64,000 nt of DNA. Source: Gemmatimonadales bacterium. Its GTDB lineage: Bacteria > Gemmatimonadota > Gemmatimonadetes > Gemmatimonadales > GWC2-71-9. Numbering within the stretch: the first letter of the stretch is position 1; each line of letters opens with the position of its first letter. The translations under genes and the position numbers were made by a program. The DNA is taken from NCBI GenBank assembly GCA_036265815.1, contig DATAOI010000049.1:12126-76125 (forward strand), given 5' to 3'. The notes beneath the pieces were generated by a model. The model worked only from the letters and a program-made list of their open reading frames with translations. It was not told the DNA's origin and ran no database searches. Shown here piece after piece: positions 55,218 through 64,000 of this stretch.

Positions 55218-57308
55218 CTACTCCTTGGGCAGCAGCGCCTTCCGGGAGAGCTTCATGCGGCCGCGGTCGTCCACCTCGAGCAGCTTGACCTGGACGATGT
55301 CGCCCTTCTTGACCACGTCCTCGGTCTTCTCGGTGCGCCCGTGCTGCAGCTCGCTGATGTGGAGCAGCCCCTCCACCCCGGGGAGGATCTCGACAAACGC
55401 CCCGAACGCCGTGGTGCTCTTCACCGGCCCTTCGTACGTCCGGCCCACCTCGGGCTCGGTGGTGATGGCGGCCACCATGGCGCGAGCCTTCTCGCCCGCG
55501 TCGCCGCCCACGGCGGAGATGGTCACCAGACCGCTGTCCTCGATGCTGATCTTGGCCCCGGTGGCATCCTGGATCCCCCGGATCGTCTTGCCCTTGGGTC
55601 CGATCACGTCGCCGATCTTGTCCGGCTTGATCTGCATGGTGAAGATGCGGGGCGCGTACTGGGACAGCTCGGGCCGGGGGGTCGGCAGCACCTTGCGCAT
55701 CTCCCCGAGAATGAACAGCCGGCCTTTCCGGGCCCGTTCCAGCGCCTGCTCCATGATCTTGAGATCCATCCCCTCGATCTTGATGTCCATCTGGATCGAG
55801 GTGATGCCCCGCTCGGTGCCCGCCACCTTGAAGTCCATGTCGCCGAGGGCATCCTCGGACCCCAGGATGTCGGTGAGGACGGCCACCTTGTCGCCCTCTT
55901 TGACGAGCCCCATGGCCACGCCGGCGCAGGGAGCCTTCATCGGCACGCCGGCATCCATCAGCGCCAGGGAGCCGCCGCATACGGTGGCCATCGAGGACGA
56001 GCCGTTCGACTCCAGCACCTCGGAGACCACCCGGAGCGTGTAGGGGAAGTCCTCGTAGTGCGGCAGGAGGGGCTGAAGGGCCCGCTCCGCCAGCGCCCCG
56101 TGGCCGATCTCGCGGCGGCTGGTGCCGCGGATCATCTTGACCTCACCGGTCGAGTACGGCGGGAAGTTGTAGTGCAGCATGAACGACTTGGTGGTCTCTC
56201 CGGCCACGTCGATGCTGTCGATCCGCTGCTCGTCCTCCGCGGTGCCCAGGGTGGCGGAGACCAGGGCCTGGGTCTGCCCCCGGGTGAACAGCGCCGACCC
56301 GTGGGTGCGCGGGAGCACGCCGGTCTCGATGGTGATCGGCCGGATGGTGTCCAGGTCGCGGCCATCGACCCGCTCGCCCCGATCCAGCACCTGCTTCCGC
56401 ATGACCCGGTACTCGATCTCCTCCAGCTCGGTGGCCAGCTCGCGGCCCCGATCGGGGAACTCGGCCAGCAGCGTGGCGAGGACCTGCTCCTTCACGCTCT
56501 TGACCCCGCGGGCGCGGGACGCCTTGTCCTTGGCGTTGATCGCCGAGGCCATGGCCGTCTCCGCACCCTCGCGCACCCGGCCAATCAGCGCCTGATCGGG
56601 CTCCACCTTGATCCAGGCGATCTTCTGGGCCGCCCCGGCCTTCTCGATCAACTGCTTCTCCAGCCCGATCAGCTCGCGAATGCCCTTCTGCGCCACCTTG
56701 AGCGCCTCCAGCACCTCGGCCTCGGAGATCTCGAGCGAGCCGCCCTCGACCATCACGATCGAGTCGGCCGAGCCGCTAACCACCAGATCGATGGTGGAGA
56801 ACTCGAGCTGCTGGAAGGTGGGATTGAGGATCCAGTTGCCCTCCACCCGCCCCACCCGGACCGCGGCGAGCGGCCCGTTCCAGGGCACGGTCGAGAGGCT
56901 CAGCGCGGTCGACGCGGCGATGGCACCGAGGATGTCGGCATCGTTCTCCTGGTCGGCGGACAGCACCGTCACGAACACCTGCACCTCGTTCTTGAACCCT
57001 TCCGGGAAGAGCGGCCGGATCGAGCGATCGATCAGCCGGCTCGCCAGGATCTCCTTGTCCGAGGGACGACCCTCGCGCTTGAGGAACCCGCCGGGGATCT
57101 TGCCTGCGGCGTAGGTCTTCTCGCGATACTCGACGGTCAGGGGGAAGAACGGCAGGGTGGAGAGCGTGGGGGATACTGTCACTGCGGCCAGCACCATCGT
57201 ATCGCCAAATCGGAGGGCGGCGGAGCCTGCCGCCTGCTTTGCGAGGCGTCCGGTCTCCAACGTGAGTGGACGGCCGGCGAACTGGGTCTCGATCCGTTGC
57301 ACGGTCAC
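55218..57308 (-). CDS. pnp: polyribonucleotide nucleotidyltransferase (PNPase)
   Basis: Two RNase-PH domains (...NGSSSMATVCGGSLALMDAGVP...), a KH domain (...IGPKGKTIRGI...) and an S1 domain (...GAFVEILPGVEGLLHISE...). GTG start after GAGAGAAGG. Confidence 0.96.
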   Translation of the reverse strand: MTVQRIETQFAGRPLTLETGRLAKQAAGSAALRFGDTMVLAAVTVSPTLSTLPFFPLTVEYREKTYAAGKIPGGFLKREGRPSDKEILASRLIDRSIRPLFPEGFKNEVQVFVTVLSADQENDADILGAIAASTALSLSTVPWNGPLAAVRVGRVEGNWILNPTFQQLEFSTIDLVVSGSADSIVMVEGGSLEISEAEVLEALKVAQKGIRELIGLEKQLIEKAGAAQKIAWIKVEPDQALIGRVREGAETAMASAINAKDKASRARGVKSVKEQVLATLLAEFPDRGRELATELEEIEYRVMRKQVLDRGERVDGRDLDTIRPITIETGVLPRTHGSALFTRGQTQALVSATLGTAEDEQRIDSIDVAGETTKSFMLHYNFPPYSTGEVKMIRGTSRREIGHGALAERALQPLLPHYEDFPYTLRVVSEVLESNGSSSMATVCGGSLALMDAGVPMKAPCAGVAMGLVKEGDKVAVLTDILGSEDALGDMDFKVAGTERGITSIQMDIKIEGMDLKIMEQALERARKGRLFILGEMRKVLPTPRPELSQYAPRIFTMQIKPDKIGDVIGPKGKTIRGIQDATGAKISIEDSGLVTISAVGGDAGEKARAMVAAITTEPEVGRTYEGPVKSTTAFGAFVEILPGVEGLLHISELQHGRTEKTEDVVKKGDIVQVKLLEVDDRGRMKLSRKALLPKE

Positions 57309-57416
57309 TACCTTCTCTCTGTGAGGTTTCTCGGGTTTCTTTGCTGCTCAGGACACATCAATACGGAGAGGGCGCCCCGATTTGTCAGATCAGGACGCCC
57401 CCGATGCCACAGGCAA

Positions 57417-57677
57417 TTAGTGCCGGAGACCGAGCTGCTCGATCAGTGCTCGGTAGGTCTCGAGGTCACTGCGCTTGAGGTAGGTCAGGAGACGGCGGCG
57501 GGTGCCCACCATCTTGAGGAGGCCCCGGCGGCCGTGGTGATCCTTGGGGTGCGTGCGGAAGTGATCGGTGAGGGAGTTGATCCGCTCGGTGAGCAGGGCC
57601 ACCTGCACTTTGGTCGACCCGGTGTCGCTCGCGTGGGCCTGGTGCTTGGCCGTGACCGCCTGCTTGTCAAAACTCAT
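57417..57677 (-). CDS. rpsO: 30S ribosomal protein S15
   Basis: [54 protein letters not shown]... Confidence 0.95.
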   Translation of the reverse strand: MSFDKQAVTAKHQAHASDTGSTKVQVALLTERINSLTDHFRTHPKDHHGRRGLLKMVGTRRRLLTYLKRSDLETYRALIEQLGLRH

Positions 57678-57695
57678 GCTGCCGGTGTCCTCTGG

Positions 57696-57724
57696 ACGAA
57701 TTGGCGTCTGCACGAATTGGCGTC
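57696..57724 (-). repeat. 13-nt direct repeat (period 16 nt) in the rpsO 5' leader
   Basis: + strand acgaattggcgtc at 57696-57708 and again at 57712-57724. On the mRNA strand this reads GACGCCAAUUCGU x2, 19-47 nt upstream of the ATG. Confidence 0.8.
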
Positions 57725-57782
57725 GTAATCCGTTGTAGCACGGAAGAATAAGGGGGGATCGGCGCCTCGGGCAACCCCTCGG

Positions 57783-59147
57783 TTACCCTCCGAACAGCCG
57801 CCGAAGATCGTTGGAGAAGGCCAGCCCCATCAGCAGGACGATCAGCACTAGCCCCACCATCGTGAGCCGCTCCCGCAGCCGGAGCGGCAGCGGACGGCGG
57901 ATCACCGCCTCGGCCAGGAGGAAGAGGAATTGCCCGCCGTCCAGCACCGGCACCGGGAGCAGGTTGAGCACCGCCAGGTTGATCGAGATGAGCGCCATGA
58001 AATCCAGGAACGCGTCCAGACCGAGGCGGGCGCGCTCCCCGGCTAGCTGGCCGATCAGGATCGGCCCGCCCACCTCGCGCTTGGAGATCCGCCCGCTGAA
58101 GAGTCCCCGCACGGTCCGGACGATCTGGGTGGACTTCTCCAGCATCGACCGCCAGCCCTCGCCCATCGCCTCGCCCAGGGAGAGTGGCTCGGAGCGGTAA
58201 TCGCCCCCGACGGCCACGCCGATCCGTCCGATGGCCACCTGACGCCCGTCGGGGCCCGGAATCGAATCGACGTAAGGCCGGATCCCGACCACGACGTGAC
58301 GTGGGCCGTGGGCCAGCTCGAGCGTGAGGTCCTTCCCGGCGCTCGCCTGCAGCACCTCCAGCACATCGTACCACTGGTCCATCCGTCGGCCGTTCACTGC
58401 CACGATGGTGTCACCGAACTGGATCCCCGCCTTGGCCGCGGGGCGCCCAGGCAGCACCTGTCCGACCACCGGCGCGCGGTATGGCTGGAGCGCCTGGGAC
58501 GCCTTGTAGCGCTGCTCCAGCGCGTCCGGATGGATCGGCAGGGAGATGGTGCGCCCGTCCGAGAGCTCGATCCGAACCTCGGGCTGGGGGACGTTTGCGA
58601 TCCCCTCCGCCACGTCGGTCCAGGTGCTCACCTGCTTGCCGTTGATGGCGAGGATGCGGGTGCCGGGCCGGATGCTCTTCAGCACCTCAGCCTCGAGCGG
58701 CACCAGCTCCGGCACCACGCGCCCGACGGTGGTGGTCGGGTCGATGGCGCGCCCGTTCTTGGCCGCGAGGAAGGTGAAGAGCAGCCAGGCGAAGAGCGCG
58801 TTCATCGTGACCCCGGCCAGGATCACGATCATTCGCTTCCAGATCGGCTTGGCCTCGAACATCCGGTCGGGTGGCACCAGGACGGCGGGTCTGCCACCTT
58901 CGAGCGCGCTGCTGGTGGCCTCCTCCTCCTGGCTCGCCATTTTGACGTAGCCACCCAACGGTAGCCAGGAGATCGAGTACTCGGTCTCGCCCCGCCGGAA
59001 GGTGAGCCAGGGGATCGGCGGACCGAGGCCGAGGGAGAAGCGATGCACGTAGATCCCGGCCCACTTGGCGGCGGCGAAGTGCCCGGCCTCGTGGACGAAG
59101 ACCAGGACGCCCAACACCACGATCAGCGACAGGACGGTTGTCAGCAC
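57783..59147 (-). CDS. rseP: RIP site-2 metalloprotease RseP
   Basis: HEAGHFAAAK, PDZ region, ...NLAVLNLLPVPVLDGG... GTG 59147 (7-nt overlap with the dxr 3' end) is preferred to the track start 59198. Confidence 0.9.
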   Translation of the reverse strand: MLTTVLSLIVVLGVLVFVHEAGHFAAAKWAGIYVHRFSLGLGPPIPWLTFRRGETEYSISWLPLGGYVKMASQEEEATSSALEGGRPAVLVPPDRMFEAKPIWKRMIVILAGVTMNALFAWLLFTFLAAKNGRAIDPTTTVGRVVPELVPLEAEVLKSIRPGTRILAINGKQVSTWTDVAEGIANVPQPEVRIELSDGRTISLPIHPDALEQRYKASQALQPYRAPVVGQVLPGRPAAKAGIQFGDTIVAVNGRRMDQWYDVLEVLQASAGKDLTLELAHGPRHVVVGIRPYVDSIPGPDGRQVAIGRIGVAVGGDYRSEPLSLGEAMGEGWRSMLEKSTQIVRTVRGLFSGRISKREVGGPILIGQLAGERARLGLDAFLDFMALISINLAVLNLLPVPVLDGGQFLFLLAEAVIRRPLPLRLRERLTMVGLVLIVLLMGLAFSNDLRRLFGG

Positions 59148-60277
59148 GATGCCCTCACGTAGCCGCTCGCGTACTCGGCGGCCCGCTCCCGCGCCCACCG
59201 GTCGGCCTCCCGCACCACCTCCAGAGTGGTCGCGGGGACCGAGGTGTGCGCCTGGAGCACGCGCTCGATGATCTCACTGATGCAGCCAAAGGGAACCTCT
59301 CCCGCCAGGAACGCGCCGACCGCCACCTCGTTGGCCGCGTTGTACACCGCCGGAGCGGTGCCCCCTGCGCGTCCCGCCGCCACACCGGAGGCCAGGGCGC
59401 GGAACACCTCGGTCCGCACTGGCTCGAAGGTGAGCGGCCCCGCCGCGACGGGATCGAAGCGCCGGACGCCCTCATCGGGCAGCCGCACGGGGTGGGTCAG
59501 GGCGTAGAGGATCGGAAGCTCCATCGAGGGGAAGCCGAGCTGCGCGATCACGCTGCCATCGCAGAACTCGACGAAGGCGTGGACGATGCTCTGGGGATGC
59601 ACCACGACCTCAAGCGCGTCATAGGGCAGACCGAACAGGTGGTGCGCCTCGATCAGCTCCAGCGCCTTGTTGGCAAGCGTGGCGCAGTCCACCGTGATCT
59701 TGCTGCCCATGCGCCAGGTGGGGTGACGCAACGCCTCCGCCACGGTCGCGTGGCGTACCTCTTCGCCGGCCCACCGGCGGAACGGCCCACCGGAGCAGGT
59801 GAGGATCAGGCGCTTCAGTCTGCTCTCGCGGCCGCTCACGCACTGGAGCACGGCGCTGTGCTCGGAGTCGATCGGCACCAGCTCGCCCCCGCCGGCGGCC
59901 GCCGCCTCGGCCACCAGGTTTCCCGCCATCACCAGGCTTTCCTTGTTGGCGAGCGCCACCCGCTTTCCCGCCCGGAGCGCGGCGATGGTGGCGTCGAGCC
60001 CGGCGGCTCCGACGACCGCGTTCACCACGATGTCCGCGTCCGGGTGGGTGGCTGCCTCCACGAGCACCTGGGGCCCCGATGGCCAGCGGTCATCCCGGCC
60101 GACCGTGGCGAGACCGGCGAATGCCGGCCGCCACTCCGCCACCTGCGCCTCCAGCTCGGCGCCCTGGCGGCCGGCGGTGAGCGCGACCACGCGGAAGTGA
60201 TCCCGCTGTCGCCGCAGGACGTCGAGCGTGCTGCGGCCGATGGAGCCGGTGGAACCGAGGACCGCGACGCCGCGCAT
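59141..60277 (-). CDS. dxr: 1-deoxy-D-xylulose-5-phosphate reductoisomerase
   Basis: MRGVAVLGSTGSIGRSTLDV..., ...LANKESLV..., ...PIDSEHSA... Confidence 0.95.
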   Translation of the reverse strand: MRGVAVLGSTGSIGRSTLDVLRRQRDHFRVVALTAGRQGAELEAQVAEWRPAFAGLATVGRDDRWPSGPQVLVEAATHPDADIVVNAVVGAAGLDATIAALRAGKRVALANKESLVMAGNLVAEAAAAGGGELVPIDSEHSAVLQCVSGRESRLKRLILTCSGGPFRRWAGEEVRHATVAEALRHPTWRMGSKITVDCATLANKALELIEAHHLFGLPYDALEVVVHPQSIVHAFVEFCDGSVIAQLGFPSMELPILYALTHPVRLPDEGVRRFDPVAAGPLTFEPVRTEVFRALASGVAAGRAGGTAPAVYNAANEVAVGAFLAGEVPFGCISEIIERVLQAHTSVPATTLEVVREADRWARERAAEYASGYVRASC

Positions 60278-61143
60278 CAGATCGCTCCGAACGCCCGGTA
60301 GAACGCGGCCGCCGTGGGCACGACGAAGTAGAGCGAGTCGAGCCGGTCGAGCACACCGCCATGCCCGGGGATGAGATGGCTCGAATCCTTGACCCCAGCC
60401 TCGCGCTTGAACAGAGACTCGGCCAGGTCGCCCAGCTGCCCCACCACGGACAGTGCCGCGGCCATCGCGAGCAGCTGCCAGACCGGGATGCTGACGCCTA
60501 CCATGGGGAACACGCCCAGCGCGAAGAGGGGTGCCACCAAGAGGCCGCCCGCCACACCGGCCACGGTGCCCGACCGGGTCTTGCCCGGACTCACCGTGGG
60601 CGCGAGCTTCGGCCCTCCGAACATCCGTCCGCCGAACATCGCGGCGGTATCACACACCCAGGTGACCACCAACGGATAGAACACCAGCCAGGCGCCGGCC
60701 CACGAGCGCTCCGGATAGCGCGTATGCCGAATGGCCAGCAGAAAGACGGGCATGGCGCCGGTGTAGGCGACGCCGAGCAGCGTGGTGCCGACGGCCTCGA
60801 GCGGGCGGTCGGCCGGCGCCCGCTGCGCCAGGGCCCAGGTGAGGACCACCACCAGCCAGAGCGCGCCGAGGTAGGGCCACGCGCCCGTGATGCCTTCGCT
60901 CCAGCCCGGCGTGAGGATGGCGCCGTAGGCGAGCGGCGCGATCAGCGCCGCGCCCGCGATCCCCAGGACCCGCGCGGGCCGCACGCCCTGCCGCTCCGCC
61001 AGGCCGAACAGCTCTCCCGCCCCCAGGCCGGCGACGACCGCCAGCAGCGCCACCAGGGGCAGTCCGCCGAGATAGATCACGCCGAGCGCGAGCGGAATGG
61101 CGATGACGGCGACGCCGACCCGACGGACCAGATTGGCGTCCAT
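60277..61143 (-). CDS. cdsA: phosphatidate cytidylyltransferase
   Basis: CTP-transferase signature ...SLFKREAGVKDSSHLIPGHGGVLDRLDS... Polytopic. Confidence 0.92.
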   Translation of the reverse strand: MDANLVRRVGVAVIAIPLALGVIYLGGLPLVALLAVVAGLGAGELFGLAERQGVRPARVLGIAGAALIAPLAYGAILTPGWSEGITGAWPYLGALWLVVVLTWALAQRAPADRPLEAVGTTLLGVAYTGAMPVFLLAIRHTRYPERSWAGAWLVFYPLVVTWVCDTAAMFGGRMFGGPKLAPTVSPGKTRSGTVAGVAGGLLVAPLFALGVFPMVGVSIPVWQLLAMAAALSVVGQLGDLAESLFKREAGVKDSSHLIPGHGGVLDRLDSLYFVVPTAAAFYRAFGAI

Positions 61144-61883
61144 CAGACGGAGACGCGCCCGAACCGGCGATCGCGCCGCTGAAACTCCAGAATGGCTTCG
61201 AAGAGATGCAGCCGGGTGAAATCGGGCCAGAGGACCGGCGTCACGTACAGCTCGGCGTAGGCCAGCTGCCAGAGGAGGAAGTTGGAGATCCGCATCTCAC
61301 CGGACGTGCGGATCAGCAGATCGGGATCGGGCCACGGCGCGGTGTAGAGCCGCCGGCCCAGGGACTCCTCGTCGATATCGGTCGGGTCGAGCCGGCCGGC
61401 GGCGACCTCCTCCGCAAGTATCCGCGCGGCCCGGGCGAGCTCCGCCCTGGAGCTGTAGGAGATGCACAGGTTGAGGGCCAGCTCGGTCCCGCCCGCGGTC
61501 TCCTGGACCACCCGGTCGACGGCACGCCGGGCCGCGGGAGCCAGGCGCTCGAGATCGCCCAGAATGCTGACGGCCACGCCCTTCTCCCGCAGGTTATCGA
61601 CCTCGCGCGAGATGTACTCCTCCAGCAAGCTCATCAGCGCCTCGATCTCGAGCGCCGGCCTCTGCCAGTTTTCCTGGCTGAAGGCGAAGAGGGTCAGGAC
61701 GCCGACGTCGGCCTTGAGGCACGCCTCGACGACTTCCCGCACCGCGCGCATGCCGGCGTGGTGGCCCAGCGGGCGCGGCAGGGAGCGGCCCTTGGCCCAC
61801 CGGCCGTTCCCGTCCATGATGATCGCCACATGTGCTGGAACGGCGCCGTGCATCTTGATCCGGCGCAGGAGATCGTCGCTCAT
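61143..61883 (-). CDS. uppS: di-trans,poly-cis-undecaprenyl-diphosphate synthase
   Basis: ...HVAIIMDGNGRWA..., ...LTLFAFSQENW.RP..., ...RTSGEMRISNFLLWQ... Confidence 0.95.
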   Translation of the reverse strand: MSDDLLRRIKMHGAVPAHVAIIMDGNGRWAKGRSLPRPLGHHAGMRAVREVVEACLKADVGVLTLFAFSQENWQRPALEIEALMSLLEEYISREVDNLREKGVAVSILGDLERLAPAARRAVDRVVQETAGGTELALNLCISYSSRAELARAARILAEEVAAGRLDPTDIDEESLGRRLYTAPWPDPDLLIRTSGEMRISNFLLWQLAYAELYVTPVLWPDFTRLHLFEAILEFQRRDRRFGRVSV

Positions 61884-61886
61884 CCG

Positions 61887-62441
61887 TCAGACTTCCAGGA
61901 TCTCGGCTTCTTTGGCGTGGATCAGCCCATCGATCTGCTTGATGTGCTCATCGGTGATCTTCTGCACCTCCTTCTCCGCCCGCGTCTTGTCGTCCTCGGA
62001 GACCTTCTCCAGCTTCTTGATCTTGGAGAGCGCGTCGGTCCGGGCGTGCCGGACCGCGATCCGTCCCTCCTCGGCGAGCTTGTGCACCACCTTGACCAGC
62101 TCCTTGCGCCGCTCCTCGGAGAGCGCCGGCAGCGGGACCCGGATCAGATTGCCCTGGCTCGAGGGGTTGAGGCCCAGGTCGGCCTCCCGGATGGCCTTGT
62201 CGATGGCCTGGCTCAGCGCCTTGTCAAACGGCTGCACGGTGAGCAGGCGGGGCTCGGGGGCGCTCACCATGGCCACCTGGCTCAGCGGCACCAGGGTGCC
62301 GTAGGCCTCCACCCGCACGATGTCGAGCAGCGAGGTGGTGGCCTTGCCGCTCCGGATGCCGCTGAACTCGCGCTTGGTGTTCTCGACCGCCTTGTGCATC
62401 AGCTCGCGACCGTGCTTGGTCAGTTCCGGAATGGTGCTCAT
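61887..62441 (-). CDS. frr: ribosome recycling factor
   Basis: 184 aa. ...[18 protein letters not shown]..., ...[17 protein letters not shown]... Confidence 0.95.
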   Translation of the reverse strand: MSTIPELTKHGRELMHKAVENTKREFSGIRSGKATTSLLDIVRVEAYGTLVPLSQVAMVSAPEPRLLTVQPFDKALSQAIDKAIREADLGLNPSSQGNLIRVPLPALSEERRKELVKVVHKLAEEGRIAVRHARTDALSKIKKLEKVSEDDKTRAEKEVQKITDEHIKQIDGLIHAKEAEILEV

Positions 62442-63151
62442 CGGACGATGGTCCCTACCCGTTCGCCTTGCAGCACGCGGGTGATGGCGCCGGGCTGGTT
62501 GATGTTGAAGACGACGATGGGCAGCTGATTGGCCTTGCAGAGTCCGAACGCGTTGGCGTCCATGACGGCGTAGTTCTTGACGATCGCCTCCTGGTAGGTG
62601 AGCTCCGGAATGAATGTCGCCGCCGGATCGGTCCGGGGATCGCCGGTGAATACGCCGTCGACGTTGGTGGCCTTGAGGATCACTTCGGCCTCGATCTCGA
62701 GTGCGCGCAGCACCCCGGCGGTATCGGTGGAGAAGAACGGATTGCCGGTGCCGGCCGCGAAGATGATCAGCCGGCCTTTCTCCAGGTGGCGGATGGCCCG
62801 GCGTCGGATGTAGGGCTCGGCCAGCGATTCCATGCGGATGGCGGTCATCACCCGGGTGTCGACCCCCACCTTCTCGAGGACGTCCTGCAGCGCCAGCGCG
62901 TTGATCACGGTGGCCAGCATGCCCATGTAGTCCGCGGACACCCGGTCCAGCCCTTCCCGGCTGGCGGTGGCCCCGCGGATGATGTTGCCCCCGCCCACCA
63001 CCAGTGCCAGCCTCACGCCCAGCCGGTGTACTGCCTTGATCTCTTCAGCGAAGGCCTCCACCACATGGAAATCGAGACCGGAGCCCTTGTCGCCCCCCAA
63101 CGCCTCGCCCGAAATCTTGAGCAGGGCGCGGGTGTAGGCGACGGGCATCAA
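62438..63151 (-). CDS. pyrH: UMP kinase
   Basis: ...[11 protein letters not shown]..., ...VVGGGNI.RG..., ...[12 protein letters not shown]... Confidence 0.95.
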   Translation of the reverse strand: MMPVAYTRALLKISGEALGGDKGSGLDFHVVEAFAEEIKAVHRLGVRLALVVGGGNIIRGATASREGLDRVSADYMGMLATVINALALQDVLEKVGVDTRVMTAIRMESLAEPYIRRRAIRHLEKGRLIIFAAGTGNPFFSTDTAGVLRALEIEAEVILKATNVDGVFTGDPRTDPAATFIPELTYQEAIVKNYAVMDANAFGLCKANQLPIVVFNINQPGAITRVLQGERVGTIVR

Positions 63152-63753
63152 ACTTCACCAATCTTGAACCGGGCAAAGCGCCGCACGGCGATGGTCTCGC
63201 CGAGCTTGCCGGAGGCCTCCTTCACCAGCTGGCCCACGGTCTTCTTGTCGTCCTTCACGTAGAGCTGCTCGGTCAGGCTCCGCTCGGCCACGAACTTCTT
63301 GAGCTTCCCCTCCACGATCTTAGCGCGGATGTTCTCAGGCTTGCCCTCCTGGGCCACCTGCTCCTCGGCGATCCGACGCTCGCGCTCGACCAGCTCCGCC
63401 GGGACGTCCTCCGGACTCACCCCGATCGGATCGGCCGAGGCGACGTGCAAGGCGATGTCCCGGGCGAGCTGCTGGAACTCCTCGGTGCGGGCCACGAAGT
63501 CGGTCTCGCAGTTGAGCTCCAGCAACACGCCCACCTGCCCGTTGTGATGGAGATAGCTCACGATGATCCCCTGGGAGGCGCTCTTGCCGGTCCGCTTCTC
63601 GGCCTTGGCGATGCCCTTCTTCCGCAGGATCTCCGAGGCCTTCTCCATGTCGCCGCCGCCCTCTTCCAGGGCTCGCTTGCAGTCCATCATTCCCGCGCCG
63701 GTTCGCGCGCGCAGGTCACTCACGTCCTTGGGGGAAATCGTCACACTCGCCAT
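63148..63753 (-). CDS. tsf: translation elongation factor Ts (short form)
   Basis: ...[16 protein letters not shown]..., ...[13 protein letters not shown]... ATG 63753 is preferred to the TTG 63762 of the track ORF. Confidence 0.93.
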   Translation of the reverse strand: MASVTISPKDVSDLRARTGAGMMDCKRALEEGGGDMEKASEILRKKGIAKAEKRTGKSASQGIIVSYLHHNGQVGVLLELNCETDFVARTEEFQQLARDIALHVASADPIGVSPEDVPAELVERERRIAEEQVAQEGKPENIRAKIVEGKLKKFVAERSLTEQLYVKDDKKTVGQLVKEASGKLGETIAVRRFARFKIGEV

Positions 63754-63787
63754 AGTCTTCAACCAGGTGCAGTCAGGGGTGAATAGT

Positions 63788-63827
63788 AAAACCGCCGCTC
63801 ACGGCCCGCACGGGCCAGGAGCGGCGG
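63788..63827 (-). terminator. hairpin plus U-tract between the upstream gene (rpsB-like) and tsf (terminator/attenuator)
   Basis: The - strand reads CCGCCGCTC-CTGGCCCG-TG-CGGGCCGT-GAGCGGCGG, followed by TTTT. There are 9 perfect outer pairs and 5-6 inner pairs. Confidence 0.55.
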
Positions 63828-63852
63828 ATGCTCCGATGGTCCGGGTAGTGGT

Positions 63853-64000
63853 TTACGCTCCCGCCTCGCCGGCCGGACCGGGGGCGGCGACCTCCGCAAC
63901 GCCTTCGGTCTCGGTCTTGAGTCGGGCCGCGATGGCCTCCGGCTTAGGCCGCCGCTTGCGCCGGGGCCGGCGCCGCTTGCGGTCGGCTTCCGAATCACCC
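63853..64000 (-). CDS. rpsB: 3' end of an upstream gene, probably 30S ribosomal protein S2 (C-terminal tail only)
   Basis: Absent from the ORF track because it has no start in the window. The - strand frame ...GDSEADRKRRRPRRKRRPKPEAIAARLKTETEGVAEVAAPGPAGEAGA-TAA (stop 63853-63855) has high third-position G+C. The assignment rests only on the near-universal rpsB-tsf-pyrH-frr synteny. The very basic tail is atypical. Confidence 0.5.
   Translation of the reverse strand, partial: GDSEADRKRRRPRRKRRPKPEAIAARLKTETEGVAEVAAPGPAGEAGA

Noticed and set aside
57309-57416. Searched the rpsO-pnp intergenic region for the RNase III-type regulatory hairpin known from E. coli pnp leaders.
   Set aside because: I found only two direct copies of CGCCCC(C)GAT (57373-57381 and 57396-57405) and no convincing long stem by eye. 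This needs proper folding before any claim.
55104-57728. 874-aa + strand ORF covering pnp and rpsO.
   Set aside because: It is antisense to two universally conserved genes, and its product is low-complexity sequence.
63759-63998. 79-aa - strand track ORF (MIRKPTASGAGPG...) upstream of tsf.
   Set aside because: It uses rare codons (AGA, AGG, CTA) and runs through the hairpin/U-tract into the tsf start. The alternative frame, ending at TAA 63853 with high third-position G+C followed by a terminator-like hairpin, is preferred and is reported as a probable rpsB 3' end.

Overview
GC-rich bacterial chromosomal segment; third codon positions are heavily G/C, which produces many long antisense shadow ORFs. 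Gene content (GWxTD-like protein, DUF2911, archaeal-type ProRS) is compatible with a Gemmatimonadota-like lineage, but I cannot verify this without a database search. Layout: (1) 1-11.6 kb, + strand: psd-pssA, then a purine block purS-purQ-[zinc-ribbon ORF]-purL-purF running directly into ppdK. A small WYL-domain gene on the opposite strand follows, then purE-purK and a DUF2911 protein. (2) 11.6-20.8 kb, - strand: a class-V aminotransferase; an ABC permease/ATPase pair led by a STAS-domain fusion protein; a tmRNA gene (tag ANTELALAA); and a chain dusB-larB-corA-GGDEF joined by 4-nt overlaps. (3) 20.8-25.5 kb: a divergent intergenic region built from two inverted arrays of a 9-bp unit, then a beta-propeller protein, ptsN, a large GWxTD-like secreted protein and a lipoprotein. 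(4) 25.6-38.6 kb: about 23 small, co-directional (+) accessory-type genes with locally lower G+C and no mobility genes (RidA, three VOC/glyoxalase paralogues, two cupins, GNAT, DinB, two SAM methyltransferases, TerB, DUF2255, SRPBCC, isochorismatase-like, cyclase, SBP56-like lipoprotein, several hypotheticals). (5) 38.6-64.0 kb: an unbroken - strand housekeeping array, much of it linked by ATGA/GTGA overlaps: rpsB(3' end)-tsf-pyrH-frr-uppS-cdsA-dxr-rseP, rpsO-pnp-M16 peptidase-ald-dut, mreBCD-mrdA-rodA, accD-folC-hisS-proS-lysA-guaA. I found no CRISPR array, transposase, integrase, rRNA or tRNA. The most unusual items are the STAS-fusion/ABC operon, the inverted 9-bp repeat arrays, the orphan larB-corA-GGDEF coupling and the zinc-ribbon ORF inside the FGAM-synthase operon. 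I found no recognisable defence or mobile system. All functional calls rest on motif recognition by eye, and no homology search was run.
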